NCBI GenBank assembly: GCA_965220315.1
Contig: CBDCPP010000001.1
Coordinates: forward strand, 59,809 to 123,808
Source: Dehalococcoidia bacterium
GTDB lineage: Bacteria; Chloroflexota; Dehalococcoidia; Bin125
Reading direction: 5' to 3'
DNA length: 64,000 bases
The translations under genes were made by a program, and so were the position numbers. The notes under the pieces are model-generated. The model searched no databases. It saw nothing but the letters and a program-made list of their open reading frames with translations, and was not told where the DNA came from. Positions 38,461 to 48,434 of the stretch are shown piece after piece. Each line of letters opens with the position of its first letter. Position 1 is the stretch's first letter.

Positions 38461-39339
38461 GTGCAGCTGCTAGTCACGGGTGCCAGCGGCTTGGTTGGGA
38501 CGGCGCTGAGCCGTGCGCTGCGCGATCGCGGCGATACCGTGATCGGCGTGTCGCGCCGATCCGAGCGTCGAGGCCAAGGGATGATCCGCTGGGTTGGCTG
38601 GGACGATCTGCCCTCTGCGATTGAGGGCACAGACGCCGCCATCCACTTGGCGGGCGCAGGTATCGCGGCGAAGCGTTGGTCCGCGGCGCGGAAACGTACC
38701 CTGCGCGAGAGTCGGATCGACACCGCGCAGCGGCTCGTGACGGCGATCAACGGCGCCGCTAATCCGCCAGGCGTGCTCGTCTCGGCCTCGGCGGTTGGGT
38801 ACTACGGCCCGCGCGGCAGTGAAGAGCTTGATGAGGACTCGCCGGTCGGCTCTGATTTTCTGGCGACACTTTGCCATGATTGGGAAGCCGCAGCTGCCGT
38901 GGCCAACTGCCGCGTCGTGCGGGCGCGGCTCGGAGTGGTGCTCTCCAGGCAAGGCGGAGCGCTCCCGCAGATGCTCTTGCCCTTCAAGCTGGGGCTCGGC
39001 GGCCCCATTGGGCGCGGCCGTCACTGGTTTTCCTGGGTGCACATTGACGACGTGGTGGGCGCGCTGCTCCATGCGGTCGATGACGCGAGCGTCCGCGGTG
39101 CGATCAACGTGACGGCTCCCGTACCCCTCACAAACGCGGATTTCAGCAAGGATCTGGGCCGTGCGCTGCACCGGCCCGCTATCGTCCCAGTCCCTCCCTT
39201 GCTGCTGAAAATGCGGTTTGGCGACGGCGCGGCGATCCTGACGACGGGGCAGCGCGTGATCCCGCGCCGCACAGCGGCCTCCGGATACCAATTCCGGTAC
39301 GGTCAGATCGATGAAGCGCTGGCGGATCTGCTTGTCTGA
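38461..39339 (+). CDS. TIGR01777/YfcH-like NAD-dependent epimerase/dehydratase family protein
   Basis: MQLLVTGASGLVGTALSRAL is the Rossmann GxxGxxG motif. A C-terminal DUF1731-like region is present, and the length is about 292 aa. Confidence 0.75.
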   Translation: MQLLVTGASGLVGTALSRALRDRGDTVIGVSRRSERRGQGMIRWVGWDDLPSAIEGTDAAIHLAGAGIAAKRWSAARKRTLRESRIDTAQRLVTAINGAANPPGVLVSASAVGYYGPRGSEELDEDSPVGSDFLATLCHDWEAAAAVANCRVVRARLGVVLSRQGGALPQMLLPFKLGLGGPIGRGRHWFSWVHIDDVVGALLHAVDDASVRGAINVTAPVPLTNADFSKDLGRALHRPAIVPVPPLLLKMRFGDGAAILTTGQRVIPRRTAASGYQFRYGQIDEALADLLV

Positions 39340-39439
39340 TCGTTGTCGTCCGAGCCATTGTTGTTTTCTGTGACGAGGCACAAGAGGATCCGGGCTAAGC
39401 CAATTCACTTGACCAACCCTCAGGCGGCCGCTACTCACA

Positions 39440-40663
39440 ATGGGCAGAGGAAGCGTGCGATCGGGAAGGCCAACTTGTGACGGGAGCACTGTGATCTCTG
39501 AGGTCGCCCTACGCTACGGCACGAACCCCCACCAGACGCCCGCCCGCGCACGGCGCTCCGGCGCCCCCTTGCCATTCGAGGTGCTCAATGGCGCGCCTGG
39601 TTATATCAACCTGCTCGACGCACTCAACGGCTGGCCATTGGTGCGCGAGTTGCGTGCGGCGACGGGCGAGCCGTCCGCTGCCTCGTTTAAGCACGTCAGC
39701 CCGGCTGGGGCGGCGATCGGACTACCGCTTTCGGAAGCGCTGCAGCACGCTTACGCTCTCGGTGGGACAGAGCTGTCGCCGCTGGCCGCTGCCTATGCGC
39801 GCGCACGCGGTGGCGACCTCATCTCCTCTTACGGTGATTTTGCCGCATGCAGCGACACCGTTGACGCCTCGGTGGCGGAGGTGCTGCGGCGCGAAGTGTC
39901 CGACGGGATCATCGCTCCTGGTTACGACGCGGATGCGCTGAAGATCTTGCGCGCCAAGAAAGCCGGGAAATACCTGATCATTCAGATCGACCCGGATTTC
40001 GAGCCTCCGCCGACCGAACTGCGAGATGTATTCGGGATCCAACTGGAGCAACCGCGTGATACAGAGCCCGTGACACTCGATCGGCTCACCAACGTTGTGA
40101 CGAAGAAAAAAACGATTCCATCCGAGGCGCAGCGCGACTTGCTCGTCGCGACCATCGCGCTGCGGTACACGCAGTCGAATTCGGTGTGCGTGGCAAACGG
40201 CGGCCAGGTGATCGGACTGGGCGCCGGACAGCAGTCGCGGATCCACTGTTCACGCATCGCCTGCTCTAAGGCAGATCGCTGGATGCTGCAGCAACATCCG
40301 CGAGTGCTGCAGCTGCCGCTGAGAAAAAAACTCAAGCGGCCGGAACGCTTCACGGCGCGCGAACAGTTCATCGCGCATGATGAGCTGTCTCCTGCCGAGC
40401 AGGTGCACCTCGCGAACCAGATGACCGAGCCGGTGCAGCCGCTAAGTCCGGAGGAGCGGCGCGCGTGGATCGGCGAATTCACGAACGTCCTTAGCCACGA
40501 CGCCTTCATGCCGTTCCGCGACAATGTCGACCGCGCGCAAGCGAGCGGCGTGCGCCACATCCTGCAGCCCGGCGGCTCCATCGCCGATGAGGGAGTGATC
40601 GCTGCGGCGGATGAATACGGCATGGCGATGGCCTTCTCCGGGCTACGCCTTTTCCATCACTAA
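39440..40663 (+). CDS. Standalone AICAR transformylase (PurH formyltransferase domain only; no MGS-like IMP cyclohydrolase domain)
   Basis: ALRYGTNPHQ (compare PurH GxNPHQ), SFKHVSPAGAAIG and ...GGSIADEGVIAAADEYGMAMAFSGLRLFHH match the AICARFT domain. The start may instead be the GTG at 39491, which has a GGGAG RBS. Confidence 0.75.
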   Translation: MGRGSVRSGRPTCDGSTVISEVALRYGTNPHQTPARARRSGAPLPFEVLNGAPGYINLLDALNGWPLVRELRAATGEPSAASFKHVSPAGAAIGLPLSEALQHAYALGGTELSPLAAAYARARGGDLISSYGDFAACSDTVDASVAEVLRREVSDGIIAPGYDADALKILRAKKAGKYLIIQIDPDFEPPPTELRDVFGIQLEQPRDTEPVTLDRLTNVVTKKKTIPSEAQRDLLVATIALRYTQSNSVCVANGGQVIGLGAGQQSRIHCSRIACSKADRWMLQQHPRVLQLPLRKKLKRPERFTAREQFIAHDELSPAEQVHLANQMTEPVQPLSPEERRAWIGEFTNVLSHDAFMPFRDNVDRAQASGVRHILQPGGSIADEGVIAAADEYGMAMAFSGLRLFHH

Positions 40664-40674
40664 GCGGTCCGCCC

Positions 40675-41412
40675 ATGGATCTGCGAGCGGAAGCCCAGGC
40701 GAACTTTCGTCGGCACCTGCAAGAGAACAGCTACCCCGGCCGCGGTTTGCTGATCGGATTGTCGGAGGACGAGGAGTCCTGGCTGCAGCTCTATTGGATC
40801 ATGGGCCGCAGCTCCAACAGCCGGAATCGCATCTTCGTGGCAGACGGGGGCGAGCTGCGTACCGCCGCTGCCGACCCCTCCAAGCTCGAAGACCCCAGTC
40901 TGATCATTTACGAGGCAATGCTGGAGCTACCGGATCTCTACCTCGTCAGCAACGGTGGCCAGACGCGCTCAATGCGCGACGTCATCGCTTCGGGCGGCAC
41001 CTTCGCGGGTGCCCTGGCGCCGCACGAGCGTGAGCCGGACGCGCCCAACTACACGCCTCGCATCAGTGGGATGCTGGACCTGCGATCCCGAACGCCGGCG
41101 CTGGCCTTGCACAGCATTCGTGCCAATGCCGCCGACCCTGCTCTCAGTGATCACACAGCGTTCTGGGCGCCGCCGCCGCCGCCTGGATTGGGACGTTGCC
41201 TTACTACCTACCAAGGCGACGGCAAACCGTTGCCGCCCTTTGAGGACGCGCCGCTCTGGCTCCCGCTGGGCGGCTCCCCCAACGCCGTCCTGACCTCGTA
41301 TTGGAACGCACTGGATCAAGACAACCGCGTTTCGCTGGCGCTGAAGGTGATCCCTGTAGCAGGCGGCGAAAGCACGATCACGATCCGCAATCGCTTTACC
41401 GCGGTCGGATAG
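40675..41412 (+). CDS. purO: Archaeal-type IMP cyclohydrolase (PurO family)
   Basis: YWIMGRSSNSRNRIF, VSNGGQTRSM and NYTPRISGM resemble conserved PurO blocks. The gene lies immediately downstream of the cyclohydrolase-less AICARFT gene. Confidence 0.6.
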   Translation: MDLRAEAQANFRRHLQENSYPGRGLLIGLSEDEESWLQLYWIMGRSSNSRNRIFVADGGELRTAAADPSKLEDPSLIIYEAMLELPDLYLVSNGGQTRSMRDVIASGGTFAGALAPHEREPDAPNYTPRISGMLDLRSRTPALALHSIRANAADPALSDHTAFWAPPPPPGLGRCLTTYQGDGKPLPPFEDAPLWLPLGGSPNAVLTSYWNALDQDNRVSLALKVIPVAGGESTITIRNRFTAVG

Positions 41413-41429
41413 CGCGGCCGGGGACTGAC

Positions 41430-42179
41430 TTAAACCAGAGGCCAGGGATAAGGGCGGCGGTCCCTGGGTGGTTCTGGCAAGCGGCCCGCTTGCACGATCG
41501 CAGCGGCGCGTTTACCGAGCATCTCTACTTCCGCTGGCGTGAGGCATTCGCGCAACTGCAAGACGATCGCGCCGTCGAATAGCTGCGCGGCGAGCCTTTC
41601 GATGTCGGTGAGTAACGCCGGTGCGATCGCGATCCCCGCGTAGTCCCAGATTACCGTGCGGAGTTTCTCTTCAGGGTGGAACGTTAGTCCGTGATCGATC
41701 CCCCAAAGGTGCTCGCTGGCGTCGAGGATCACGTGACCGGCCTTGCGATCCGCGTTGTTGGTGAGCCAGTCGAAGACGGCGAAGCGTTGCATCTCTGCCG
41801 GGAAACGGCTGCGCAAGTCGAAGAAAGTATGGTGGTGATCGTGGGGGATGTAGAGCTGAAGGGAGCCGATGCCGTGCTCTAGGCCTTCCTCGCGTACGAT
41901 CGTGGGCGGCACGATGCGCCAGCCCAGCGCCTCGCTGACGACGTAGCTGGCGCACTCGCGACGGTGCAGGTCGGGTGGAAAGTCCCATAGCGCTGCCACT
42001 CCACGCCTGGGCTTGTAGATTGCGTAGCCGCGTCCGGCGGTTGCATCCTCTAGCGCGGCGAGGAAAACGTAATTGGAAGCGCTGAGGATCAACCCTTCAT
42101 CAACGACCGGTGCTTTGGCCAGCAGCGTGTGGATGTCGGGATGGTCGGGACTCCAGGAGTGCCTGGGAAAGCGGTCCAT
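41430..42179 (-). CDS. SCO1664-family protein (PI3/PI4-kinase-like fold)
   Basis: The overall pattern is that of actinobacterial SCO1664/TIGR03843-family proteins (...FDWLTNNADRKAGHVI...GIDHGLTFH...). Confidence 0.55.
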   Translation of the reverse strand: MDRFPRHSWSPDHPDIHTLLAKAPVVDEGLILSASNYVFLAALEDATAGRGYAIYKPRRGVAALWDFPPDLHRRECASYVVSEALGWRIVPPTIVREEGLEHGIGSLQLYIPHDHHHTFFDLRSRFPAEMQRFAVFDWLTNNADRKAGHVILDASEHLWGIDHGLTFHPEEKLRTVIWDYAGIAIAPALLTDIERLAAQLFDGAIVLQLRECLTPAEVEMLGKRAAAIVQAGRLPEPPRDRRPYPWPLV

Positions 42180-42200
42180 CGGCGTTGCTTGGGGGAGCCG

Positions 42201-42980
42201 TTAGTCCAACACGGTGATCGGATCGCCGGGCTTGATACGCCCGCCCCGCAGGACCGCCGCTTCGACACCAAAGTCGAGGTGACCGTACTCGTTCTTCAAC
42301 AGGTCGAGGACGGGAATGTCGCGGCCGCCGCCGCCCGGCGAAGCGTTCACGGCTTTGCAACGCTTGAGCGGCGCCGTGACTTGTAGCTCCGCATCGCCGA
42401 CGGTGAGGCGATGGTCGGCCCAAGCGAACTCTCCCCAAGGCTCCAGGCCACGCACGGCCAAGTTAAGGCGGAAGCGACTCAGCGCTATGTCCAGCCCGGC
42501 TCGATCCGAAAGCGCGCGCGCGCTTTCTTCCGCCCCGAGGCTGATCTGCTCCGCGCGCCGGTCGGCGAAGCGCGCCGTACCGTCGCCGAGGAGTTGGAGC
42601 GGGAGGCGAGTGGGCCGGGCGGCTAATGGATGCTTCTCGAATCCCAGCACCACTTCGGTGAGCCAGTCGGCGAGAGCACGGCGCTCGCCCGCGTCATCGA
42701 TCGAGCCGCTCACTTCGCCATGCTTCGGCGCAGCGAGCAGGAGTCGGTGGGCTTCCGTACTGCAGCTCGCGGTAATCGACGCGAGCTGCGGGGTGTTCAC
42801 TAAGGTGAGTGCTTCGTGTTTGGAGACCCAGCCATCCGGGTCGACATTGGCGTCGGCGAAGGCGAAAACGAAAGCGCGGTCGCCCTGCGCCGTGCTGCCC
42901 GCTTCAAGGTCGAGATGGTCGGCTGGCGCGCAGGTCATGCCCTTGACGGGGTAGAGATAGCAGGCGGCGACCTCCGCCAT
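42201..42980 (-). CDS. MOSC domain-containing protein (with MOSC N-terminal beta-barrel)
   Basis: YLYPVKGM (N-terminal barrel) and ...PLKRCKAVNASPGGGGRD (MOSC Cys region) are present. The ATG at 42980 is preceded by GGTAGGAGGGG. The start lies just after the pepN stop. Confidence 0.75.
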   Translation of the reverse strand: MAEVAACYLYPVKGMTCAPADHLDLEAGSTAQGDRAFVFAFADANVDPDGWVSKHEALTLVNTPQLASITASCSTEAHRLLLAAPKHGEVSGSIDDAGERRALADWLTEVVLGFEKHPLAARPTRLPLQLLGDGTARFADRRAEQISLGAEESARALSDRAGLDIALSRFRLNLAVRGLEPWGEFAWADHRLTVGDAELQVTAPLKRCKAVNASPGGGGRDIPVLDLLKNEYGHLDFGVEAAVLRGGRIKPGDPITVLD

Positions 42981-42988
42981 CGCCCCTC

Positions 42989-45544
42989 CTACCCGGCCGC
43001 GAAGGCGCGGCAAGCACGCGCTCGTTTCAGATCGTCCAATGCCTCCAGCAACTTGCGCTGCAAGGAAGGATCCTCATCGTCGAGGGTCCCGAGCAGCGCC
43101 GTCGTGCGAGCGATGACGGTGTCGTCGGGGCGATAGTGCGGGAAAAGTGCGCCGAAGTAGCGGTTGGCGAAATCCTTATCGTGGGATTGGAAGATACCGT
43201 GCACCTCGCTGAGAAACCGCCCGACATAGGGCTCGAGCACGTCTGCTTGATGTGTCCAGAGAAAGCCGTCCATGGCTGCGCCCATCATGTGCAACGATAC
43301 GTCGCGGTCGCTAGTGAACTGCTCCCATGCGCGCGCCTTGTGATCAGCGTCTGGAGCGGCCGTGGCCGCGCGGGCGACGGCGCGTTGGCCGCGGTCGCTA
43401 GGGTCGCGCTCGCTCTCCCGCACGACCCGCTCCTGGCCACCGGGGATACCGTAGGCCACCTGTTTCACTGCCAGGGACCAGCGCATGTCTTGGTCGAGCT
43501 CGAAACCGGTGATGCCCGTGCCCCGATCGATGAGCTCCAGCATGCGGGACACCGTCGCCGGTTCTTGCGCCGTCGCGACTGCCGCGCGCGCCCAAGTAAT
43601 CCGGCGGTTTTGGTCAGGGGCGGCGAACAGTCGTTCGTGCACGACCTCAAAGAGTGCGGCTGCTTCCACGACGCGCCGTGACTCTGGAACGAACCAGGCG
43701 ATGGCCGCCTGGGCGTTGCCGAGCACGGTATCGATCAACTCCAATTCCTCCTCGAACACGATTTTGTCGCGGACGAGGGGGAGGTAATCCGTAGACCGGA
43801 ATTGCTGGTCTCGGACCATGTCCCAGAGCGTGCGCCAGAGTTGCTGGCGGAGGAGCGGGTCGCGGAAGCGCTCGATCCGGGCGCGGACATAGTCCCGAGA
43901 CCGCGCATCCAAGACGATCTTGACGTAGGCGTGGTCGTCATAGTTCGGGAAGACGCAAGCGGGAGCCGGCCGCCCGGCCGCCTCCTCGATCACTGTCCGG
44001 GGACCGTCGATCTGTACCGGGATCGTGTCCTGGATCACTGGTGCGTCGGCCACTTCGGCGACGAGCGCCAACTGCAGGGCGTGAGGGCGCAACGTCGGAT
44101 GATCTTTCTCGGCGCGCTGTTCGACGGCCAACGCTGACACCTCGCCATTTGCGTGCCAGGACGTCTCGATCGTGTTGAGGCCTTCCGTTTCGATCCAAAG
44201 CCGTGACCATTCCTTGAGGTCGCGGGCTGCTCCGTGTTCGAGCGCGCCCAAAAACTGGCGAAGCGTCGTGTTCTTCCAGGCGTAGGTATCGAAGTAGTGG
44301 CGCATGCCTGCTCGGAAGCTGTCCAGTCCGATCGTGGCTGCAAGTTGCTTGAGCACGGCCGCGCCCTTGCCGTAGGTGATCCCGTCAAAGTTGAGGAAGG
44401 TGGCGTCCGTATCCGGCACGGCGCCGGCGATCGGATGCGTGGTGACTAATTGATCCTGGTGATAGGCCCAAGCCTTCATGCGCGAATGGAACGCCTGCCA
44501 GGCGCGATCGCGGAAGCGCGTGGCACTGCCCATCGCGAGATAGGCCATATAAGTGGCGAAGCTTTCATTGAGCCAGAGGTCGTTCCACCAACGCATGGTC
44601 ACGAGATCGCCGAACCACATATGCGCCATTTCGTGGAGGATCACTTCTGCGCGATTGAGCCGTTGCAGGTCGGTCGGTGGATCGCGGAAGACCATGCGCT
44701 CCGAGAAGGTGATCGCGCCGACGTTCTCCATGGCCCCCGCATTGAACTCCGGGACAAAGATCTGGTCGTACTTGTCGAACGGATAAGGAAAGTCGAAGAA
44801 CTCGCTGAAATAGGCCAAGCCCTGCCGGGTGATCTCGAAAAGCTCGTCACTGTCGATGTGTGGCCTCAGAGACTGCCGGGCGTAGAAGCTGAGAGGTACA
44901 TCTTCCCAGCGTGATGTGAAGCGTTCGTAGGGACCGGCGATCACCGCGAAGAGGTAGGTCGCGATCGGCGGTGTCTCCGCGTACGCATGCCGGAGGCGCC
45001 CATCCGTCTCTGTAGTGGTCTCGGTTTCACTGGTGTTCGCGATCACCGTCCATTCCGGCGGTGCTGTGACGGATAGGCGCAGCTTCGCGCGGATATCCGG
45101 CTGGTCGAAGCAGGGCAGTAGGCGGTGAGCTTCGTACGGCTCGAAGTTGGTGTAGATGTACTCTTGGCCGTCCACCGGATCAGCGAAGTAATGAAAACCA
45201 GCACCGGTGCGGTCAAAGATGTTGGTGTAACGAATTCGCACAGTGTTCTGCTCGCGCAGAAGGGCGCCGTCGAGCACGAGCCGGTTCGATTCCCAAGCCG
45301 CACTTGGAGTCTCTTCGCCGTTAACTTCGAGCTGTTCAATAGACTTGCCCGTGCAGTCGAAGAAAGTGCCCTCGCGCGGCGCCGCGTGGCGGAACTCAAT
45401 CGTCACGTCGCCGGTGTATTCGCCGCCACCGCTGGAGAGAGAAAGGGAGAGTGCGTAGCGCACGTCGGTAATCTGCGTGGCGCGGATCTCGGCCTCACGC
45501 TGCGTGAGGCGGTTGGGCCCCTGCGGATTGCGGTGACTAATCAT
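42989..45544 (-). CDS. pepN: Aminopeptidase N (M1 family)
   Basis: The HEMAHMWFGDLVTMRWWNDLWLNESFATY zinc-binding HEXXH-18-E motif and the GAMEN motif (FNAGAMENVGAITF) are present. The start is assigned to the ATG at 45544, which overlaps the amidase stop (ATGA); the track ORF extends to 45694. Confidence 0.85.
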   Translation of the reverse strand: MISHRNPQGPNRLTQREAEIRATQITDVRYALSLSLSSGGGEYTGDVTIEFRHAAPREGTFFDCTGKSIEQLEVNGEETPSAAWESNRLVLDGALLREQNTVRIRYTNIFDRTGAGFHYFADPVDGQEYIYTNFEPYEAHRLLPCFDQPDIRAKLRLSVTAPPEWTVIANTSETETTTETDGRLRHAYAETPPIATYLFAVIAGPYERFTSRWEDVPLSFYARQSLRPHIDSDELFEITRQGLAYFSEFFDFPYPFDKYDQIFVPEFNAGAMENVGAITFSERMVFRDPPTDLQRLNRAEVILHEMAHMWFGDLVTMRWWNDLWLNESFATYMAYLAMGSATRFRDRAWQAFHSRMKAWAYHQDQLVTTHPIAGAVPDTDATFLNFDGITYGKGAAVLKQLAATIGLDSFRAGMRHYFDTYAWKNTTLRQFLGALEHGAARDLKEWSRLWIETEGLNTIETSWHANGEVSALAVEQRAEKDHPTLRPHALQLALVAEVADAPVIQDTIPVQIDGPRTVIEEAAGRPAPACVFPNYDDHAYVKIVLDARSRDYVRARIERFRDPLLRQQLWRTLWDMVRDQQFRSTDYLPLVRDKIVFEEELELIDTVLGNAQAAIAWFVPESRRVVEAAALFEVVHERLFAAPDQNRRITWARAAVATAQEPATVSRMLELIDRGTGITGFELDQDMRWSLAVKQVAYGIPGGQERVVRESERDPSDRGQRAVARAATAAPDADHKARAWEQFTSDRDVSLHMMGAAMDGFLWTHQADVLEPYVGRFLSEVHGIFQSHDKDFANRYFGALFPHYRPDDTVIARTTALLGTLDDEDPSLQRKLLEALDDLKRARACRAFAAG

Positions 45545-46983
45545 GGCTGGGTCGAGTATATCGCTGCGGGTCGCTCGTCCGGTTGGGACAGCGAAGGCCA
45601 ACGGTCGTGCCAGGGCCGCGCCCGCTCGTACGCGTACGAGGCCTGAAGCACGAGATCGTCGCGATGTCGGGGCCCAACGATTTGCAGCCCGCAAGGTAAG
45701 CCCGCATCGCTGAAACCTGCCCGCACCGAGGCTGCGGGATGGCCGGTGAAGTTGAACGGATAGGTGAAGACGATCGGGTCGTGCGGGACACCGTCCTTCT
45801 GTAAGGGGGTAGGCCCCTCGGCATTGAACGCCTCCGAAGCAAGCGTTGGTGTGAGCAGCAAGTCGTACTGCTCGAAGAGTTCCCAGGTCCAGCGCTGGAT
45901 CTGCCCGCGTGCACTGTAGAACGCTCGGAAGTCAGTGGCGTTCACGTCCAAGGAGGCATCTAGATACCGGACGAAGTCGGCGGTGAACTCGCTATGGCGA
46001 TCGCGGTACTCCTCCCAGAGAAGTGCCAGCGCTTGGAAGCCGAACATGCGGATCCAGTGCTCCGCCGTCTGAGGGATGGCGTCGGCGTTGTCGACGACTG
46101 TGTGCCCAAGATCGCGAAAGACCTGAACGCTGGCCTCAACTTCGCGCATGATGTCCGCTGGGACGTCCGCCTGACCGAGCGTGCGATTGTAGGCGATACG
46201 TAGCTTTGGCAAAGGACGGTCGAGCGCCGCGATGTAGGACTCTGTCGGCGGTGGCAACGATATGGGATCGGAGCCGTGCGGCCCGGCGACCTGATCTAGG
46301 TAGAGCGCGGCATCGCGGACCGTGCGGGTGAGTGGACCGTAGACGCTGATATTCATCCACGGTTGCATCGCGCGCGGTCCGATGGGCACGCGGCCGAACG
46401 ATGTCTTAAGTCCGTAGAGTCCTGTGTACGCCGCGGGAATGCGGATTGATCCGCCGCCGTCGGAAGCGGTAGCGAGGGGCACGAGGCCGCCCGCTATCGC
46501 TGCTGCCGATCCCCCGCTGGAACCGCCGGGCGTACGTTCTAGGTTCCAGGGATTGCGCGATGCTCCGAATAGATCGTTGCTCGAGAAGGCGGCATAGCCG
46601 AACTCGGGCGTGTTGGTTTTGCCGACGACGATCGCGCCGGCCGCGCGCAGCCGCGTCACGTGCACGTCATCCCATTCGGCGTAATGATCTTTGAGCACCC
46701 GTGATCCGCAGGTCGTAGGGAAGCCGGCGGCGTTCTCTAAATCCTTCACCCCGAGGGGGAGACCGCCCAAAGGACCCAATTCTTCCCCACGGGCCAGCTG
46801 CTCCGTTTGGCGGGCCGCTTCGGCGCGAGCGGTCTCTGCGTCGAGGGCAACGAAGGCGTTGAGGGCGGGATTGAGTGCCTCGATCCGATCGAGCGCGTGG
46901 TCGAGGAGTTCGGTGGGCGAGATCACTCGCCTGCGGATGAGGCTACTGAGTTCTTCGGCGCTGGCGAAATCGAGGTCGGTCAC
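45541..46983 (-). CDS. Amidase (amidase-signature family)
   Basis: The [32 protein letters not shown] signature with Ser-cisSer-Lys is present. An AGGAGG RBS lies 5 nt before the GTG at 46983. Confidence 0.85.
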   Translation of the reverse strand: MTDLDFASAEELSSLIRRRVISPTELLDHALDRIEALNPALNAFVALDAETARAEAARQTEQLARGEELGPLGGLPLGVKDLENAAGFPTTCGSRVLKDHYAEWDDVHVTRLRAAGAIVVGKTNTPEFGYAAFSSNDLFGASRNPWNLERTPGGSSGGSAAAIAGGLVPLATASDGGGSIRIPAAYTGLYGLKTSFGRVPIGPRAMQPWMNISVYGPLTRTVRDAALYLDQVAGPHGSDPISLPPPTESYIAALDRPLPKLRIAYNRTLGQADVPADIMREVEASVQVFRDLGHTVVDNADAIPQTAEHWIRMFGFQALALLWEEYRDRHSEFTADFVRYLDASLDVNATDFRAFYSARGQIQRWTWELFEQYDLLLTPTLASEAFNAEGPTPLQKDGVPHDPIVFTYPFNFTGHPAASVRAGFSDAGLPCGLQIVGPRHRDDLVLQASYAYERARPWHDRWPSLSQPDERPAAIYSTQP

Positions 46984-47141
46984 TGTCCTCCTACGGCGCG
47001 GACGCGATTCTAGTAGGCTCTTCGCGCCCGGTCTCTCCGAAAAATAGCCGAGCAGGCTACGCTGAGACGGACGGTCCCCTTATATTGGATACGGCTCGGC
47101 GGGATGCGGGCGGCTCGTCGTCCGCAGGTGACTGACGGACA

Positions 47142-48434
47142 ATGAGTATCGTCCGCTTCGTCCACGCCGCTGATCTGCACCTCGACAGCCCTTTCCGCGG
47201 TCTGCGAGAGGTGGAGCCTGCCATCGGGGCCGAGCTGCGTGAGGCCACCTTCGCGGCCTACGACAAGATCATCGACCTTTGCTTGACTGAGAAAGTCGAT
47301 GCGCTGCTGGTCGCCGGCGACATCTACGACGCACGCGACCGCAGCCTGCGCGCACAGCTGCGTTTCCGCGATGGCTTGCAGCGCCTCGCAGATGCAGGGA
47401 TTCGCTCCTTCGTGTGCCATGGCAATCACGACCCGCTGGATGGCTGGGAGGCGCGGATCGACATGCCTGAGGGCTGCCAGCGCTTTGGGTCCGAAGTGGA
47501 GGCGGTGCCGCTCGATCCAAACGAGCCGGATGCCGTCGTCGTCTATGGTGTCAGCTTCCCGCAGCAAGATGTGCGCGAGAACCTAGCGCGCCGCTTTCAG
47601 CGCGACACACGCCACTTGTACGCAATCGGCCTGCTGCACGCCAACGTCGGAGGCGATAGCGGGCACGAGCCCTACGCTCCCTGCACTGTCGAAGATCTTG
47701 AACGCTCTGGGATGGACTATTGGGCGCTCGGCCATGTGCATACGCGCCGTGTGCTGCGCGAGTACGACCCGGTCGTGGTTTACCCGGGTAACCCGCAGGG
47801 TCGCCATCGCCGAGAGAGCGGAGCGCGGGGCGTTGCCTTGGTCGATGTTGGCAACGATCGGCAGGCGCAAGTGCGCTTTCGTGATGTCGATGTCGTGCGC
47901 TGGGAAACGACCGTTCTCAATATCGCCGACCTCTCCGGCGAGCAACAGCTCCTGGAGGTTTTGGACGAGCGTCTTAACGGTATCGCTGCCGCAGACCGGC
48001 ACGCGGTCGTCATCGTGCGGCTGATCGGCCGGGGCGCGCTGCACTCCACACTGCGACGTGGCGACATGGCTGAGGACCTGCGCGCACAGCTGAACGACTC
48101 ACTGCGTGGTCGTGACCCGTTTGTCTGGTGCGCCGCCGTCGAGGTGGAAACGGCGCCGCCGTTTGATCGCGCGGAGCGCAGACAGACACAAGATTTTCTA
48201 GCGGACATCCTGCGCTTGGTGGATGAGATCCAAGCACAGGAGGCGCCGCCCGCGTGGTTACGGGAGCCGCTGGCGGCGCTGTATGCGCAGGGCAAGGCCC
48301 GCCGCTATTTGGGATCGGATCCGTTGACCAATGCGGAGCTGCTACAACTTTTGGACCGCGCCGAGGAGTGCTGCGTCGACGCGTTGCTGGCGGCGGAAGA
48401 TAGCAGCGGAGCGGCTGAGAGTTCGCCATCGTGA
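47142..48434 (+). CDS. SbcD/Mre11-like metallophosphoesterase (DNA repair exonuclease subunit)
   Basis: MSIVRFVHAADLHLDSPF, VAGDIYD and FVCHGNHD are calcineurin-like phosphoesterase motifs. The 4-nt overlap with the downstream ATPase gene is present. Confidence 0.8.
   Translation: MSIVRFVHAADLHLDSPFRGLREVEPAIGAELREATFAAYDKIIDLCLTEKVDALLVAGDIYDARDRSLRAQLRFRDGLQRLADAGIRSFVCHGNHDPLDGWEARIDMPEGCQRFGSEVEAVPLDPNEPDAVVVYGVSFPQQDVRENLARRFQRDTRHLYAIGLLHANVGGDSGHEPYAPCTVEDLERSGMDYWALGHVHTRRVLREYDPVVVYPGNPQGRHRRESGARGVALVDVGNDRQAQVRFRDVDVVRWETTVLNIADLSGEQQLLEVLDERLNGIAAADRHAVVIVRLIGRGALHSTLRRGDMAEDLRAQLNDSLRGRDPFVWCAAVEVETAPPFDRAERRQTQDFLADILRLVDEIQAQEAPPAWLREPLAALYAQGKARRYLGSDPLTNAELLQLLDRAEECCVDALLAAEDSSGAAESSPS

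Noticed and set aside
39340-39439. ZTP (pfl) riboswitch upstream of the AICAR transformylase gene
   Set aside because: I looked for it because ZTP riboswitches commonly regulate purH. The conserved GGGTCGTGAC...GGCG / CCGCC pseudoknot elements are not visible in this leader.
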